This document shows, in pieces, positions 12,574 through 22,624 of a stretch of DNA of 64,000 bases. A program made the translations under genes and the position numbers. The stretch comes from an uncultured Pseudomonadales bacterium. Its GTDB lineage: Bacteria; Patescibacteriota; Microgenomatia; UBA1400; UBA1396. The notes under the pieces were generated by a model. That model saw nothing but the letters and a program-made list of their open reading frames with translations. It did not search any database and was not told the DNA's origin. Position 1 is the first letter of the stretch; every line of letters starts with the position of its first letter. Location of the stretch: NCBI GenBank assembly GCA_964511175.1, contig CAZEEI010000004.1, positions 27,401-91,400 on the forward strand. The letters run 5' to 3'.

Positions 12574-15402
12574 ATGACGACCATGTCGGCCGAGCTCACC
12601 ATCGATTTTAGTCAGCGCCAGAATTTGCCTGATTTAGAAGAGAAAGTTCTTGATTTTTGGGATGATATTAAGGCTTTTGACCGTTCGGTTAAGGAGCGCC
12701 CGGCTGATAAACCCTATATTTTTTACGATGGTCCGCCTTTTGTTACCGGCTCACCCCACTACGGCTCACTGTTGGGTTCAATCACCAAAGATATCATTCC
12801 GCGTTTCTGGACCATGCAGGGTTACCGCGTTGAACGACGGTGGGGTTGGGATTGCCATGGCTTACCAATCGAAAACATGATTGAGCAGGAACTGGGCATT
12901 AAAGACGGCAAACGCGGTATTGAACGCCTAGGCGTGGCTAATTTCAATAACGCTTGCCGAGCGGCGATTGCCGAGTTTGACGCCACTTGGGAAATAATTA
13001 TTCGCCGCATCGGCCGCTGGGTTGATTTCAAAAACAGTTACAAAACTATGGATTTTGACTTTATGGAGTCGGTCTGGTGGGGCTTTCAAAAACTGCACCA
13101 AAAAGGACACATTTACGAAGGGCGTAAAGTTATTTTGTACTGCCCCCGCTGCGCCACTCCGCTGTCTAACTTCGAAATTGCCATGGATAACAGTTACGTT
13201 GATGTCACCGAAGTAGCCAATACTTACAAATATGCGGTAAAGGGGCAAGATCGCACCTTTTTACTCGCTTGGTCGACTACGCCTTGGAATAAGTTGGCCA
13301 CACCGGCTTTAGCGGTTAACCCTGATCTAACCTACGTCAAAGTTGAGCAGGGCGACGCGTTTTATATCTTAGCTCAAACGCGTCTGGATCACCTGAAAGA
13401 CCAGCCTTACACGGTAATTGATTCTTTCCCCGGCAAACAATTAACCAGTTTAGAGTTCGAACTGCATTACGACTTTTACCCCGAGCGTGAGGGAAGACGA
13501 GCTGGTGTGATTGTGGCGGATGAGTTCGTCACTGCCGATACCGGTACCGGCGTGGTCACTTTGGCTATTTACGGTGAAGACGACTACCGCGTCATGCAGG
13601 AAAACAATCTTCAGCTGGTGGAGCACGTCGATGAAGAAGGAAAGTTAAAGCCGGAGGTTAAACCCTGGTCTGGCCTGGGTATCCTAGAGTCTAATCCGCT
13701 GGTCAATGCTGATCTGGCACAGCGGGGATTGGTTTATCGTGAGGAGCCGCACGTCCATAGTGTGGCCACTTGTTACCGCTGTCACACGCGGTTGTATTAT
13801 GCACCGCTACCTGCCTGGTTTATCAACGTCCAACAGCTAAAGCCGCAATTGCTGGCTGATAATGAAAAAATTAACTGGTATCCAGCCTATCTCAAGCACG
13901 GCCGCTTTGCTAAAGGAATTGAGTCAGCACCAGACTGGAATATTTCCCGCTCACGTTACTGGGGAACACCCATGCCCGTTTGGCGAGCGGCAAACGGCCA
14001 GCAACGCATCATTGGTTCGGTGACGGAATTGCAGGAATGGGCGGTCGAACCAGAACAAGCGGCTAATCTAACCGATATCCACCGTGAGTTTGTTGACGAC
14101 ATCGAGGTATGGGTGGATGACCAACGTACCCGAAAGGGACGCCGTATTAAAGAAGTCTTTGACTGTTGGGTGGAATCTTCCAGTATGCCTTTTGCGGCCG
14201 ACCATTATCCCTTCGCCAATCAAGCCAAATTTGAACAAAGCTATCCGGCTCAATTCATTTCCGAATACATCAACCAAACCCGTGCCTGGTTTTACACAAT
14301 GCACGTTATTTCCGTAGCTTTATTTGGAGCACCGGCTTATCTTAACGCCCACAACACCGGCATTATTTTGGCCGAAGACGGTTCCAAAATGAGCAAATCG
14401 AAGAAAAACTACCCCGATCCAGTGGAGTTGTTGAATCGGGATGGCGCCGATGCCTTGCGCCTCTACCTTGCAGCCAGCCCGGTCATGAAAGCGGAAAATC
14501 TTGCTTTTGTAGCTGATGACGTCAGTAATATGCGCAAACGCGTCTTAGGCATTTGGTGGAACGTTTTCCTGTTTTACCACAACTACCGGCCAGCCAATTG
14601 GCAACCCCAGACACCCCAGCCTCAACACGTCATGGATCGCTGGGTTTTAGCCCTACTAGAGCAAGCCAAAGCCGAAATTACGGCCGCCTTCACTAGTTAT
14701 GACGTGTCAACTGCCGCCCGAGCGATTATGACTCTCATCAACGAAATATCAACTTGGTACCTGCGCCAGTCGCGGGATCGTCTGCGCCAAGAGGGGGATC
14801 ACGCTTGCTGGGATACTTTCCACTACGTTTTGACCCAATTAGCCTTGCTTGCCGCACCGATTGTGCCCTTCCTGAGTGAGACCACTTACCAACACTTAAC
14901 ACCCGAGTCCGATTCGGTACATTTGGCAAATTGGCCCCAGACCATATCTACTTACTTAGATGCAGACCTCTTAACCGCCATGGCTACTATCCGACCAATA
15001 GTAGAACAAGGACATGCCCAACGCAAAACCGCGGGCTTAAAAGTACGCCAGCCCCTCGCCAGCCTAAGCGTAAAGAGTATGATGCCGGCACCCAATCCGG
15101 ATGTATTAGCAATTGCCGCCCAAGAACTCAATGTTAAGGTCATCGATTGGCGAGTAATAGATGAAGCTAATCTGGCCGAAATAAACCTGGACACTAGACT
15201 AACACCAGAACTAGAAGCCGAAGGTAAAGCGCGAGAAATTGTGCGTACCGTACAGCAACTTCGTGCCGACCAAAACGTGCCGCTAACCGCCAATATTGAG
15301 CTCACTCTGCCGGAGTGGCCACAAGAATATGAAGGATATATCAAGCAAAAAACAAGGGCGGTGCGTATTAGCAAGGGTGAGACATCTTTGCTAGTACCTT
15401 AA
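12574..15402 (+). CDS. ileS: Isoleucyl-tRNA synthetase, type 2 (eukaryote/archaea-like)
   Basis: Class I motifs PPFVTGSPHYGS (HIGH-variant 'HYGS') and KMSKSKKN. The CP1 editing region and tRNA-binding C-terminus are present. 942 aa. Confidence 0.85.
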   Translation: MTTMSAELTIDFSQRQNLPDLEEKVLDFWDDIKAFDRSVKERPADKPYIFYDGPPFVTGSPHYGSLLGSITKDIIPRFWTMQGYRVERRWGWDCHGLPIENMIEQELGIKDGKRGIERLGVANFNNACRAAIAEFDATWEIIIRRIGRWVDFKNSYKTMDFDFMESVWWGFQKLHQKGHIYEGRKVILYCPRCATPLSNFEIAMDNSYVDVTEVANTYKYAVKGQDRTFLLAWSTTPWNKLATPALAVNPDLTYVKVEQGDAFYILAQTRLDHLKDQPYTVIDSFPGKQLTSLEFELHYDFYPEREGRRAGVIVADEFVTADTGTGVVTLAIYGEDDYRVMQENNLQLVEHVDEEGKLKPEVKPWSGLGILESNPLVNADLAQRGLVYREEPHVHSVATCYRCHTRLYYAPLPAWFINVQQLKPQLLADNEKINWYPAYLKHGRFAKGIESAPDWNISRSRYWGTPMPVWRAANGQQRIIGSVTELQEWAVEPEQAANLTDIHREFVDDIEVWVDDQRTRKGRRIKEVFDCWVESSSMPFAADHYPFANQAKFEQSYPAQFISEYINQTRAWFYTMHVISVALFGAPAYLNAHNTGIILAEDGSKMSKSKKNYPDPVELLNRDGADALRLYLAASPVMKAENLAFVADDVSNMRKRVLGIWWNVFLFYHNYRPANWQPQTPQPQHVMDRWVLALLEQAKAEITAAFTSYDVSTAARAIMTLINEISTWYLRQSRDRLRQEGDHACWDTFHYVLTQLALLAAPIVPFLSETTYQHLTPESDSVHLANWPQTISTYLDADLLTAMATIRPIVEQGHAQRKTAGLKVRQPLASLSVKSMMPAPNPDVLAIAAQELNVKVIDWRVIDEANLAEINLDTRLTPELEAEGKAREIVRTVQQLRADQNVPLTANIELTLPEWPQEYEGYIKQKTRAVRISKGETSLLVP

Positions 15403-15403
15403 T

Positions 15404-16471
15404 ATGCGGCCAATCTCAAGTATCTTACCAATTTTCCTGGTTATTTTAGGGATTATTTCGGTTTTAACCTTAAGAAGTATTGATTTAAACTACGGCCTCA
15501 ACCAGCTTCTTTTTCTAGTGGTTAGCCTGATTGCTTTTTGGGTGGTAGCGCAGTTGCCGTACTTCTGGCTCAGGCGAGGACGCTGGTGGTGGTATGGGGC
15601 GGTACTGGGTCTACTGCTTTTGACCTTAGTAATTGGCCGAGCAACTCACGGTAGCGTCAGCTGGCTGCGCTTGGGTTCCTACCGTCTCCAAGCCTCGGAA
15701 TTTCTTAAACCGGTCCTGGTGCTACTTTTGGCGGTCGAGGCTGGGCGGCGGCCGGTTAACCGCTGGTCACGGTTGGGTCGTTACGCTGTCTTGGCCGCCG
15801 CCCCACTCGGACTAGTTTTACTGCAACCGGATTTGGGCACTGCCTTAATCGTTTTCACCGGTGTCACTACTGTTTATTTGCTATCTGGCGCCCACCGGCG
15901 TCATATATTTTTATTATCCCTGCTGGGCCTGGCGGCGGGCGCCTTAGCTTGGCAGGCTCTGCTCAAACCCTACCAACGCAACCGCATCCTTACTTTCCTC
16001 AACCCGGCCAGCGATCCGCTTGGTTCCGGTTACAATGCCCAGCAAGCCATTATCGCGGTTGGCGCCGGCAGTTGGTTAGGTACCGGTTTTGGCAACGGTG
16101 CCCAATCACACCTCCGCTTCCTGCCTGAACGACAAACTGACTTTTTACTCGCTACCTATGCCGAAGAAACCGGCTTTGTCGGTTTAAGCCTGCTACTCAT
16201 TCTCTACGCTGGTTTATATGGTTGGATTGCCTACTTACTGAGTCGCCTGGGACGTTCGACCGAAGTAAATCTGGGAGCTGGCCTACTCGCCATGCTGGTA
16301 GTCCAATCTTTTATTAATATCGGCATGAATCTGGGCATTACTCCGATCACCGGTGTTACTTTGCCGTTTTTTTCGCTGGGAGGTAGCTCACTGCTTAGTT
16401 CCAGCCTATCGCTGGGTATTATCGAAGCAGCCCGGCGACACAATACTGCCGCTCAAGCGATTATTAGTTAA
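15404..16471 (+). CDS. ftsW: SEDS-family peptidoglycan glycosyltransferase (FtsW/RodA)
   Basis: Ten predicted TM segments and the family motif LQPDLGTALI. GLGNGAQ and TGVTLPFFSLGGSS are also present. Confidence 0.8.
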   Translation: MRPISSILPIFLVILGIISVLTLRSIDLNYGLNQLLFLVVSLIAFWVVAQLPYFWLRRGRWWWYGAVLGLLLLTLVIGRATHGSVSWLRLGSYRLQASEFLKPVLVLLLAVEAGRRPVNRWSRLGRYAVLAAAPLGLVLLQPDLGTALIVFTGVTTVYLLSGAHRRHIFLLSLLGLAAGALAWQALLKPYQRNRILTFLNPASDPLGSGYNAQQAIIAVGAGSWLGTGFGNGAQSHLRFLPERQTDFLLATYAEETGFVGLSLLLILYAGLYGWIAYLLSRLGRSTEVNLGAGLLAMLVVQSFINIGMNLGITPITGVTLPFFSLGGSSLLSSSLSLGIIEAARRHNTAAQAIIS

Positions 16472-16640
16472 AACTCACGGGTTAAGTTTGGCTGACTCAT
16501 CTTTTTTCGATTTTTTAATCTGATAGTAACGTCAACAAACAATTGTTACTATCAAAATAGAAGTGAAGATACATCAATACTTCACTAAACGGAGTTACTA
16601 TCATTAGAAAAATTACGAAGAAGATGAATCTCCCATGACC

Positions 16641-17078
16641 TTATGGTTGGAGTAATGGGCTAGTATTACTATCTCTATGAAAAACTAAAAACTCTTGCAG
16701 TACCGTTTTCTGATTAAAAGCAAATCTGAGTTTAAATATTGCGGAGTCTTCTAAACCAAACCAACGGTATTCGGATAATTCTTTATTTAACGCTATACTT
16801 CCTTCAATTTCTCCATATAAATAAGTTGCGACCGCTACAAAATCATTGTTTAGTTTAACGCGATATGTTTTGAAAATCTTACACCAACCAACCCGACAGC
16901 CTAATTCTTCCTTTATTTCCCGCCTTAGTGCATCCTCAGCTTTTTCATCGTCTATCATATCGCCACCAGGAAACGACCAGGTGTTTTCATAGCCAAAATC
17001 GTCCTCCGATCTTCTACACAAAAGAATTTGATTCTGTTTATTAATGGCAATTAAATCTACTGGTTGGGCTATTTGCAT
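16641..17078 (-). CDS. Nudix hydrolase
   Basis: Nudix box GGDMIDDEKAEDALRREIKEELG (Gx5Ex7REUxEExGU). Confidence 0.7.
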   Translation of the reverse strand: MQIAQPVDLIAINKQNQILLCRRSEDDFGYENTWSFPGGDMIDDEKAEDALRREIKEELGCRVGWCKIFKTYRVKLNNDFVAVATYLYGEIEGSIALNKELSEYRWFGLEDSAIFKLRFAFNQKTVLQEFLVFHRDSNTSPLLQP

Positions 17079-17104
17079 GATTTATATGATACAATACCTC
17101 TCTT

Positions 17105-17413
17105 ATGAACTACGCTATTATTCAACTCGCCGGCAAACAGTATCGTCTGTCTGAAGGGGACACGCTAACGGTTGACCGCCAGTTTGAAGACACCATTAAA
17201 ACTGACGCTGTGCTTTTACTGCACAATGATCAGGACATTAAAGTAGGCACTCCCAAAGTGGCCGGCGCTACCGTTACTTTGCAAAAAGTCGAAGATATCC
17301 GCGGTGATAAACTGCGTGTTTTTAAGTTTAAGGCTAAATCCCGCTACCGCCGCACCCAGGGCCATCGCCAGGAGCAGTCGGTACTAAAGGTAACTAAAAT
17401 CGCACGCTCATAA
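17105..17413 (+). CDS. rplU: 50S ribosomal protein L21
   Basis: MNYAIIQLAGKQYRLSEGDTLTVDR... with a C-terminal K/R-rich tail. 102 aa. Confidence 0.9.
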   Translation: MNYAIIQLAGKQYRLSEGDTLTVDRQFEDTIKTDAVLLLHNDQDIKVGTPKVAGATVTLQKVEDIRGDKLRVFKFKAKSRYRRTQGHRQEQSVLKVTKIARS

Positions 17414-17432
17414 GTGCTAGACTAAGATCGTC

Positions 17433-18575
17433 ATGTCAACCTACCTCTTTTTTCTGGGGCAAACCACCGAGCTATGTTTGGCGGAATTGCAGGCCGTACT
17501 CCATCAGTGCCAGCAACCGTCGGCCGAACTGCTGACGCCGCTGATTGCCCAAGTTACTACTGACACCGAGCTGGACGCAGTTGCTCTCCAGAATCGGTTG
17601 GGTGGAACGGTTAAAATAACCCAAGTACTTGAGTCTCTGCCGATAGTCGAGCCAGAGATAGTAAGCGAACATATTCTCACCATTTTGCGCCAACGCCGGC
17701 CGCACCGTTTTGTGGTAGCCGAACAAGGACGGGACCACCGCGAACCGCTGCGGGTTGAAGAATTAAAAGCCACACTCGTGCGCGAAGGACAAAAGATTTC
17801 CTACAAACAAACACCGCGTTCGGGGGCTAACGCCGCCTTACTCAAGTCCAGCAAAGCTTTAGAAATACAAGTAATCCAGACTGCCACTGCCATTATTTTA
17901 GCGGTCACTTTGGCCTGGCAAGATGTAGATGTTTGGAGTTTGCGGGACGTCGGCAAACCTTACCGTGACCGCAAGCGGGGTATTTTACAACCTAAAATTG
18001 CCCACATGATGTTGAACTTAGCTCTGGGTGACCGCAACCCACGGGAACAAGTTATGTTGGACCCTTTCTGCGGGAGCGGCACGATCTTAATCGAAGCTAC
18101 CATGTTAGATATTCCGGTGGTGTTGGGTGCCGATTTAGCTTTAGAGGCAGTGACTCAGTCCCGCGCCAACCTGGAATGGTGGCAAGAACAACTGGTTGAG
18201 TCGTTTACCAGTGAATTTGTGGTCAGCCCCGTTGAGCGTTTAGAAAAAACATCCTTCCATCACCAACCCACTTTAGTGGTGACCGAACCCTTCCTCGGCA
18301 AATTAACACCACATCAAGAAGACTTGGCGGGAATTATCCGTGGCCTGGAAAAAATGTACCGTGGTATGTTCCGCTCCTTGGCTCGCCTGCTTCCAGCTGA
18401 TGGTATGGTCGCCATTATTTTACCGTCTTACCAAATCGGTCAACGCGTAGTCACCGTGGAAAACACTTTGCGTCACGCCACTGAGCTGGGCTTCACGCTG
18501 GTTGATGGTCCCTACCGTGCCGGCCGGCCTAATGCCGTCACCCAACGTAACGTCTACTTATTCACTAAGGCTTGA
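17433..18575 (+). CDS. Putative RNA (N2-G/N6-A) methyltransferase, UPF0020/Trm11/RlmL-like Rossmann fold
   Basis: Motif I DPFCGSGTILIEA and a downstream acidic motif (VTEPFLGK) typical of THUMP-associated RNA methyltransferases. It sits between rplU and rpmA. Confidence 0.5.
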   Translation: MSTYLFFLGQTTELCLAELQAVLHQCQQPSAELLTPLIAQVTTDTELDAVALQNRLGGTVKITQVLESLPIVEPEIVSEHILTILRQRRPHRFVVAEQGRDHREPLRVEELKATLVREGQKISYKQTPRSGANAALLKSSKALEIQVIQTATAIILAVTLAWQDVDVWSLRDVGKPYRDRKRGILQPKIAHMMLNLALGDRNPREQVMLDPFCGSGTILIEATMLDIPVVLGADLALEAVTQSRANLEWWQEQLVESFTSEFVVSPVERLEKTSFHHQPTLVVTEPFLGKLTPHQEDLAGIIRGLEKMYRGMFRSLARLLPADGMVAIILPSYQIGQRVVTVENTLRHATELGFTLVDGPYRAGRPNAVTQRNVYLFTKA

Positions 18576-18597
18576 TTCATGTTATAATTCCTCCTCT

Positions 18598-18855
18598 ATG
18601 GCACACGTTAAAGCCGGTGGCGCTAGCGCCCACCAACATGCACAACGAGCAGGCAAACGCCTTGGCGTAAAACTGTATGGCGGTCAAACGATTAAGACCG
18701 GCCAAATTGTTGTACGGCAAAAAGGCACTAAATATAAGGCCGGTAAAAATGTCGGCTTGGGTCGTGACTTTACCATCTTTTCCATGATTGAAGGTATTGT
18801 CGCTTTCACCAAACGCCACGGTCGCACCGTGGTCAACGTTACTCCAGGGAAATAA
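18598..18855 (+). CDS. rpmA: 50S ribosomal protein L27
   Basis: MAHVKAGGASAHQHAQRAGKRLGVK...GRDFTIF. It starts at the internal ATG of ORF 18502..18855 and has no Prp-type N-terminal extension. Confidence 0.9.
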   Translation: MAHVKAGGASAHQHAQRAGKRLGVKLYGGQTIKTGQIVVRQKGTKYKAGKNVGLGRDFTIFSMIEGIVAFTKRHGRTVVNVTPGK

Positions 18856-19552
18856 ACTTTTCCGATCGCACTTTGCCTAGTGGTAAATCATTTAATTGAA
18901 ATGGTCCAACACTGAGGCGGCGTAGTCGGATCACAGCGTGGTTTAACGCCTTCATCATCCGGCGTACTTCATGATAGCGTCCCTCACGCAGAGTAATGAG
19001 TATCGTTTGTTGGCCTTCAGTTTCATCACCGATTTCTACCTGAGCTGGTCCAGTGCGACCGTCCTTGAGGGGCACACCGCGCTTAAGACGGGCAATTTCC
19101 GCCGCCGTTAAGCGACCCGCGATAATCACTTGGTAAGTTTTAGCCACACCGTAACGGGGGTGGGTGAGCCGCTGGGCATATTGGCCATCGTTAGTTAAGA
19201 GAATTAACCCTTCCGAATCTTCGTCCAAGCGGCCGATTGGGAACAAACGCCATTGACGATATTCCGTTGGTAGGAGATCGATCACCGTTTTTTTACCATC
19301 AGGATCAGATACGGTCGAAACCACACCACGTGGTTTATTCAAAGCAAGTAAAATTTTGGCCGCTACTAAAGAAAGCACACGCCCGTTGTATTCGATTTCA
19401 TCTTGATCAGGAATTACTCGGGTAGCAACATTGGTTTCTGTCTTACCATTAACCTTAACTTTACCCTGCAGAATTAACTCCTCACTCCGCCGCCGGGCCG
19501 CAACTCCCGCCTGTGCTAAATATGCTGCTAATTTAATCGATGGTATCGCCAT
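18839..19552 (-). CDS. Pseudouridine synthase, RsuA/RluB family (S4 domain plus catalytic domain)
   Basis: N-terminal S4 RNA-binding domain (IKLAAYLAQAGVAARRRSEELI) and the catalytic-Asp motif GRLDEDSEGLILLTNDG. Confidence 0.8.
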   Translation of the reverse strand: MAIPSIKLAAYLAQAGVAARRRSEELILQGKVKVNGKTETNVATRVIPDQDEIEYNGRVLSLVAAKILLALNKPRGVVSTVSDPDGKKTVIDLLPTEYRQWRLFPIGRLDEDSEGLILLTNDGQYAQRLTHPRYGVAKTYQVIIAGRLTAAEIARLKRGVPLKDGRTGPAQVEIGDETEGQQTILITLREGRYHEVRRMMKALNHAVIRLRRLSVGPFQLNDLPLGKVRSEKFISLE

Positions 19553-19622
19553 TCTGCCATTATACTCGTGAAAGCGTAATTGGGCTTGTGAAAAAAGGAA
19601 AGTTTTGCTATAACTTCGGTAT

Positions 19623-20447
19623 ATGAATGAACCCCAACAATTTGTTCAAGAACTAGACACTAACCTGATTCAGCCCAATCCGCACCAGCCGCGCAAACAT
19701 TTGCAGCCAGAAGAACTGCAGGATCTGGTCGATTCGGTCAAGATTCACGGCATACTAGAACCGATCGTGGTGGCTCATACGCCAGCTGGTTACCAAATCA
19801 TTGCGGGTGAGCGGCGCTGGCGCGCCGCCCAACGTGCTGGCCTAGCCACTGTGCCGGCTATCGTGAAAAAAACTTCACCACGCGGCATGCTGGAAATGTC
19901 GATCGTGGAAAACGTGCAGCGCTCTGACCTAAACTGTTTGGAACGGGCGCACGCGCTCAATCGCTTGGCTAGCGAATTTGGCCTTACCGCCAGCCAAATT
20001 GCGGAGCGAATCGGTAAATCGGTTTCTTACGTTTCTAATTCGATTAAGTTACTACAGTTACCCGATGCCCTCAAGGACGGACTACTCAGCGCCCAAATTT
20101 CCGAAGGCCACGCGCGGGCTCTCCAAGCCATTACCAGTTCAAAAAGCATGATTGAAGCTTACAAGCAGGTCCTGCGTGAAAACGGCTCCGTACGCCGAGC
20201 GGAAGAACTGGCTCGCCGCTTCCGCGACCAAGACGGGGAAAAGCGAGTCGAACACCGACCCCAAATCATGGTTTCTAAGGACATTGACCGCTGGCAAGAA
20301 CAACTCCACCACGCTCTTGGTGATCATTCACAGGTCAAACTGCGGCGCTCTTATCGGCAAACCCAAGTCATTATCAACCTCAAGGGGTCGCTCCAAGATA
20401 CTCAGCCCCAACTGGAGAAAATACTGGCCATTGCCAGCGCTAAATGA
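19623..20447 (+). CDS. parB: ParB/Spo0J-like partition protein
   Basis: ParB box IAGERRWRAAQRAGL and a downstream HTH (LTASQIAERIGKSVSYVSNSIKLL). Confidence 0.8.
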   Translation: MNEPQQFVQELDTNLIQPNPHQPRKHLQPEELQDLVDSVKIHGILEPIVVAHTPAGYQIIAGERRWRAAQRAGLATVPAIVKKTSPRGMLEMSIVENVQRSDLNCLERAHALNRLASEFGLTASQIAERIGKSVSYVSNSIKLLQLPDALKDGLLSAQISEGHARALQAITSSKSMIEAYKQVLRENGSVRRAEELARRFRDQDGEKRVEHRPQIMVSKDIDRWQEQLHHALGDHSQVKLRRSYRQTQVIINLKGSLQDTQPQLEKILAIASAK

Positions 20448-21844
20448 CCGGCAATCAGATCAACCACAACCCGTCTGCCTTTAGCACCACTTTAATTGGT
20501 CTTTCCATAGTTGCGAGTGTCGCCACTTTTTTCCGTTTCAATCATTTGTCCCAGTGGCTGGTTTTTTCCGCCGATCAAGGGCGAGCCATGCTGGCCGGAC
20601 GCAATATTTTACTAGGCCATTGGCTCTGGTGGGGACCGCCCACTAGCGTCTCAGGTTTTAGTCTGGGACCTTTTTATTATTACCTTACCGCCATCGCGCT
20701 CTGGTTCTCCCGTTTTGACCCGATTGGGCCGGCCGTAATGGTATCGACCTGCGGCGTTGTGGCTACGCTCATCCTTTTCCGCTGGACGCAAAGATATTGG
20801 GATAATCTCACCGCGATTACGGCTGGCCTGCTGTTGGCGCTTTCGCCCCTCGCTGTGGCCCAAAGCCGGATACCAGTCGAGCCCAGCCCGTTGCCGTTAT
20901 TTTGGTTACTGTGGTTGGCTGCCGCCACATTCTGGTTGGAAACTAAACAACGGCGCTGGTTGGCAATCACCTTGGTAATTAATCTGCTCAGTATTCAACT
21001 TAACTTTGCCGCCATTATCGGCTTACCCGTCCTCGCCACCGTTTGGCTGATCCAGACTAAACGATTAGTGATCGACCGTAAAAGACTAATGTTTTGGTTG
21101 GGCAGTTGGGCACTACTACTACTTGTCTGGTACAAAAGTTGGCGTGGCCCGCAAACCGATCCGCGTTATTTGGCGGCCATTTGGCAGCAATTAACTACTC
21201 CTGATCACTGGTTAGCCGCCACTGCGCTCTGGACTATCTTGGTAATTGGTTTGTGGCGTTTATACCAAGGGGCACGCCGTCGGCAAACCCCTGTTTTGTT
21301 GCTTTTCGTCTGGCTGATCTGGGGTAGCTGGGCACTGCTAGTAAAACATGTTTCCGGCGATCACTCACTTGTTTTTCTTTTTCCGGCAGTAGCGCTGGTT
21401 TTAGCTCTGGGCATAAGATCACTGCTTTCCCAATCAATCTATTGGTCCCTAGCGGGGCTAGTCTTGGGTTTATTGCTACTAAGTGGCCAAACCCAGCCCT
21501 ATTTGTCCCGGCAAAAACCCACTCTGCCAGATCACTACTTCACCGTTAGCCAGATTATCGCTCTAGCGCAAAACCAACCCTACGCCTTGGTGTACCGTGG
21601 TTATTTGGATATTTATCCAGCCGCCGACGATCATTACCAATACCTGCTATGGTTAGCGGGCCAGCCGCCTGTCGATAGCGCCCGGATTGAACTCAGCGAT
21701 CAATACCGGGAACAGTGGTTGCTACAAGGGGGAGTACCGGTTCGGACAATCTATTTGTATTATCCCTGGTACGAAGCCGACCGTTATCCCAACGTCGGTC
21801 GCCGGCAGAGAGTGGGGAATTTTATTTTGGAATTAGAATATTAA
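20444..21844 (+). CDS. Polytopic membrane protein, GT-C-fold glycosyltransferase-like (PMT/ArnT family)
   Basis: About 12 TM helices, Trp/Leu-rich, with an N-terminal periplasmic loop that has conserved acidic and aromatic residues. It resembles the second GT-C ORF at 40125..41915. Family assignment is tentative. Confidence 0.4.
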   Translation: MTGNQINHNPSAFSTTLIGLSIVASVATFFRFNHLSQWLVFSADQGRAMLAGRNILLGHWLWWGPPTSVSGFSLGPFYYYLTAIALWFSRFDPIGPAVMVSTCGVVATLILFRWTQRYWDNLTAITAGLLLALSPLAVAQSRIPVEPSPLPLFWLLWLAAATFWLETKQRRWLAITLVINLLSIQLNFAAIIGLPVLATVWLIQTKRLVIDRKRLMFWLGSWALLLLVWYKSWRGPQTDPRYLAAIWQQLTTPDHWLAATALWTILVIGLWRLYQGARRRQTPVLLLFVWLIWGSWALLVKHVSGDHSLVFLFPAVALVLALGIRSLLSQSIYWSLAGLVLGLLLLSGQTQPYLSRQKPTLPDHYFTVSQIIALAQNQPYALVYRGYLDIYPAADDHYQYLLWLAGQPPVDSARIELSDQYREQWLLQGGVPVRTIYLYYPWYEADRYPNVGRRQRVGNFILELEY

Positions 21845-21902
21845 GCTAAGTATCGGGATGCGCCCGGTCTAAGGTATAATAGCGGGGTACTTTTACGTAC
21901 AT

Positions 21903-21977
<75 letters not shown>

Positions 21978-22016
21978 CATTTCGATACTTGTAGACAAAT
22001 AATTTTTAAATTGTCT

Positions 22017-22622
22017 TTAATTATCCACACTTTTTAGAGATTCAAACTTCTCCGCAGCTGCATTCATCAAAGGTGCAATTTCAACCACCCTTTCTAGCGG
22101 GTCTTTTAAAACTATATCGAGTGTGTGATTCAACAGTACGAAGTTCGATCCAAGTCGCGTGATGATCTCACGGCGCTTCACATCGCCCCCGTTTTCAAAC
22201 TCCTGACGGGCTTCTCTCACTCACTTCTTCTTAAAAAAATCAGCAAGTGGTGACGGAAGTTGAGGCTGAGGACTTGGCTGGCCAGCAATTCTTAGTATTT
22301 GATCAAGGGTCATGGAAGGTGGCGCAACCACTGGTGCCAATCTAAACACGGATTTAATCTTGTTATTGATCCAATCCCAAGCACTTTTGTTTAAAACACC
22401 ATTAGCTCTCGAGAGATCTACTTTAACAATAAGAAATAGTAATCCAGGATTTCTAACAATAATTCCATCAGCGAGTACTTTTTCTGAAAGATGAGAACTA
22501 ACAATGTAAACGTTGGGCAAGTAATGCCACCAATCTGATATCGGCAGATTAATCATGGTGTCATGTATCTGTTCATCAGTGTAATGTGGCTGCTGGTGGT
22601 TAAAAACAACTAAGTAGTCCAT
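22017..22622 (-). pseudogene. About 201-codon ORF interrupted by a single in-frame TGA (ORFs 22221..22622 and 22017..22220 are contiguous in one frame)
   Basis: The 133-aa ORF ends ...FFKKK-TGA. The very next codon is GTG, which opens the 67-aa ORF in the same frame. It has a Pro-rich linker (PSPQPQLPSP). TGA is a genuine stop elsewhere in the window, so this is a nonsense-interrupted gene or a readthrough candidate. Confidence 0.35.
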
Positions 22623-22624
22623 AA

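Noticed and set aside
12650-15374. Antisense and alternative-frame ORFs within ileS (e.g. 12928..13248, 14952..15374)
   Set aside because: They lie inside a conserved class I aaRS gene. The composition is typical of spurious frames.
18502-18597. 32-codon upstream extension of rpmA
   Set aside because: L27 begins at the conserved MAHVKAGG. The extension overlaps the 3' end of the methyltransferase gene and has no Prp cleavage motif.
22017-22622. Possibility that the in-frame TGA reflects an alternative genetic code (code 25, TGA=Gly) or selenocysteine
   Set aside because: TGA clearly terminates backbone genes in this window (e.g. ftsQ immediately before ftsA, and the methyltransferase before rpmA). 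No SECIS-like hairpin is evident. A nonsense mutation or readthrough is more parsimonious.
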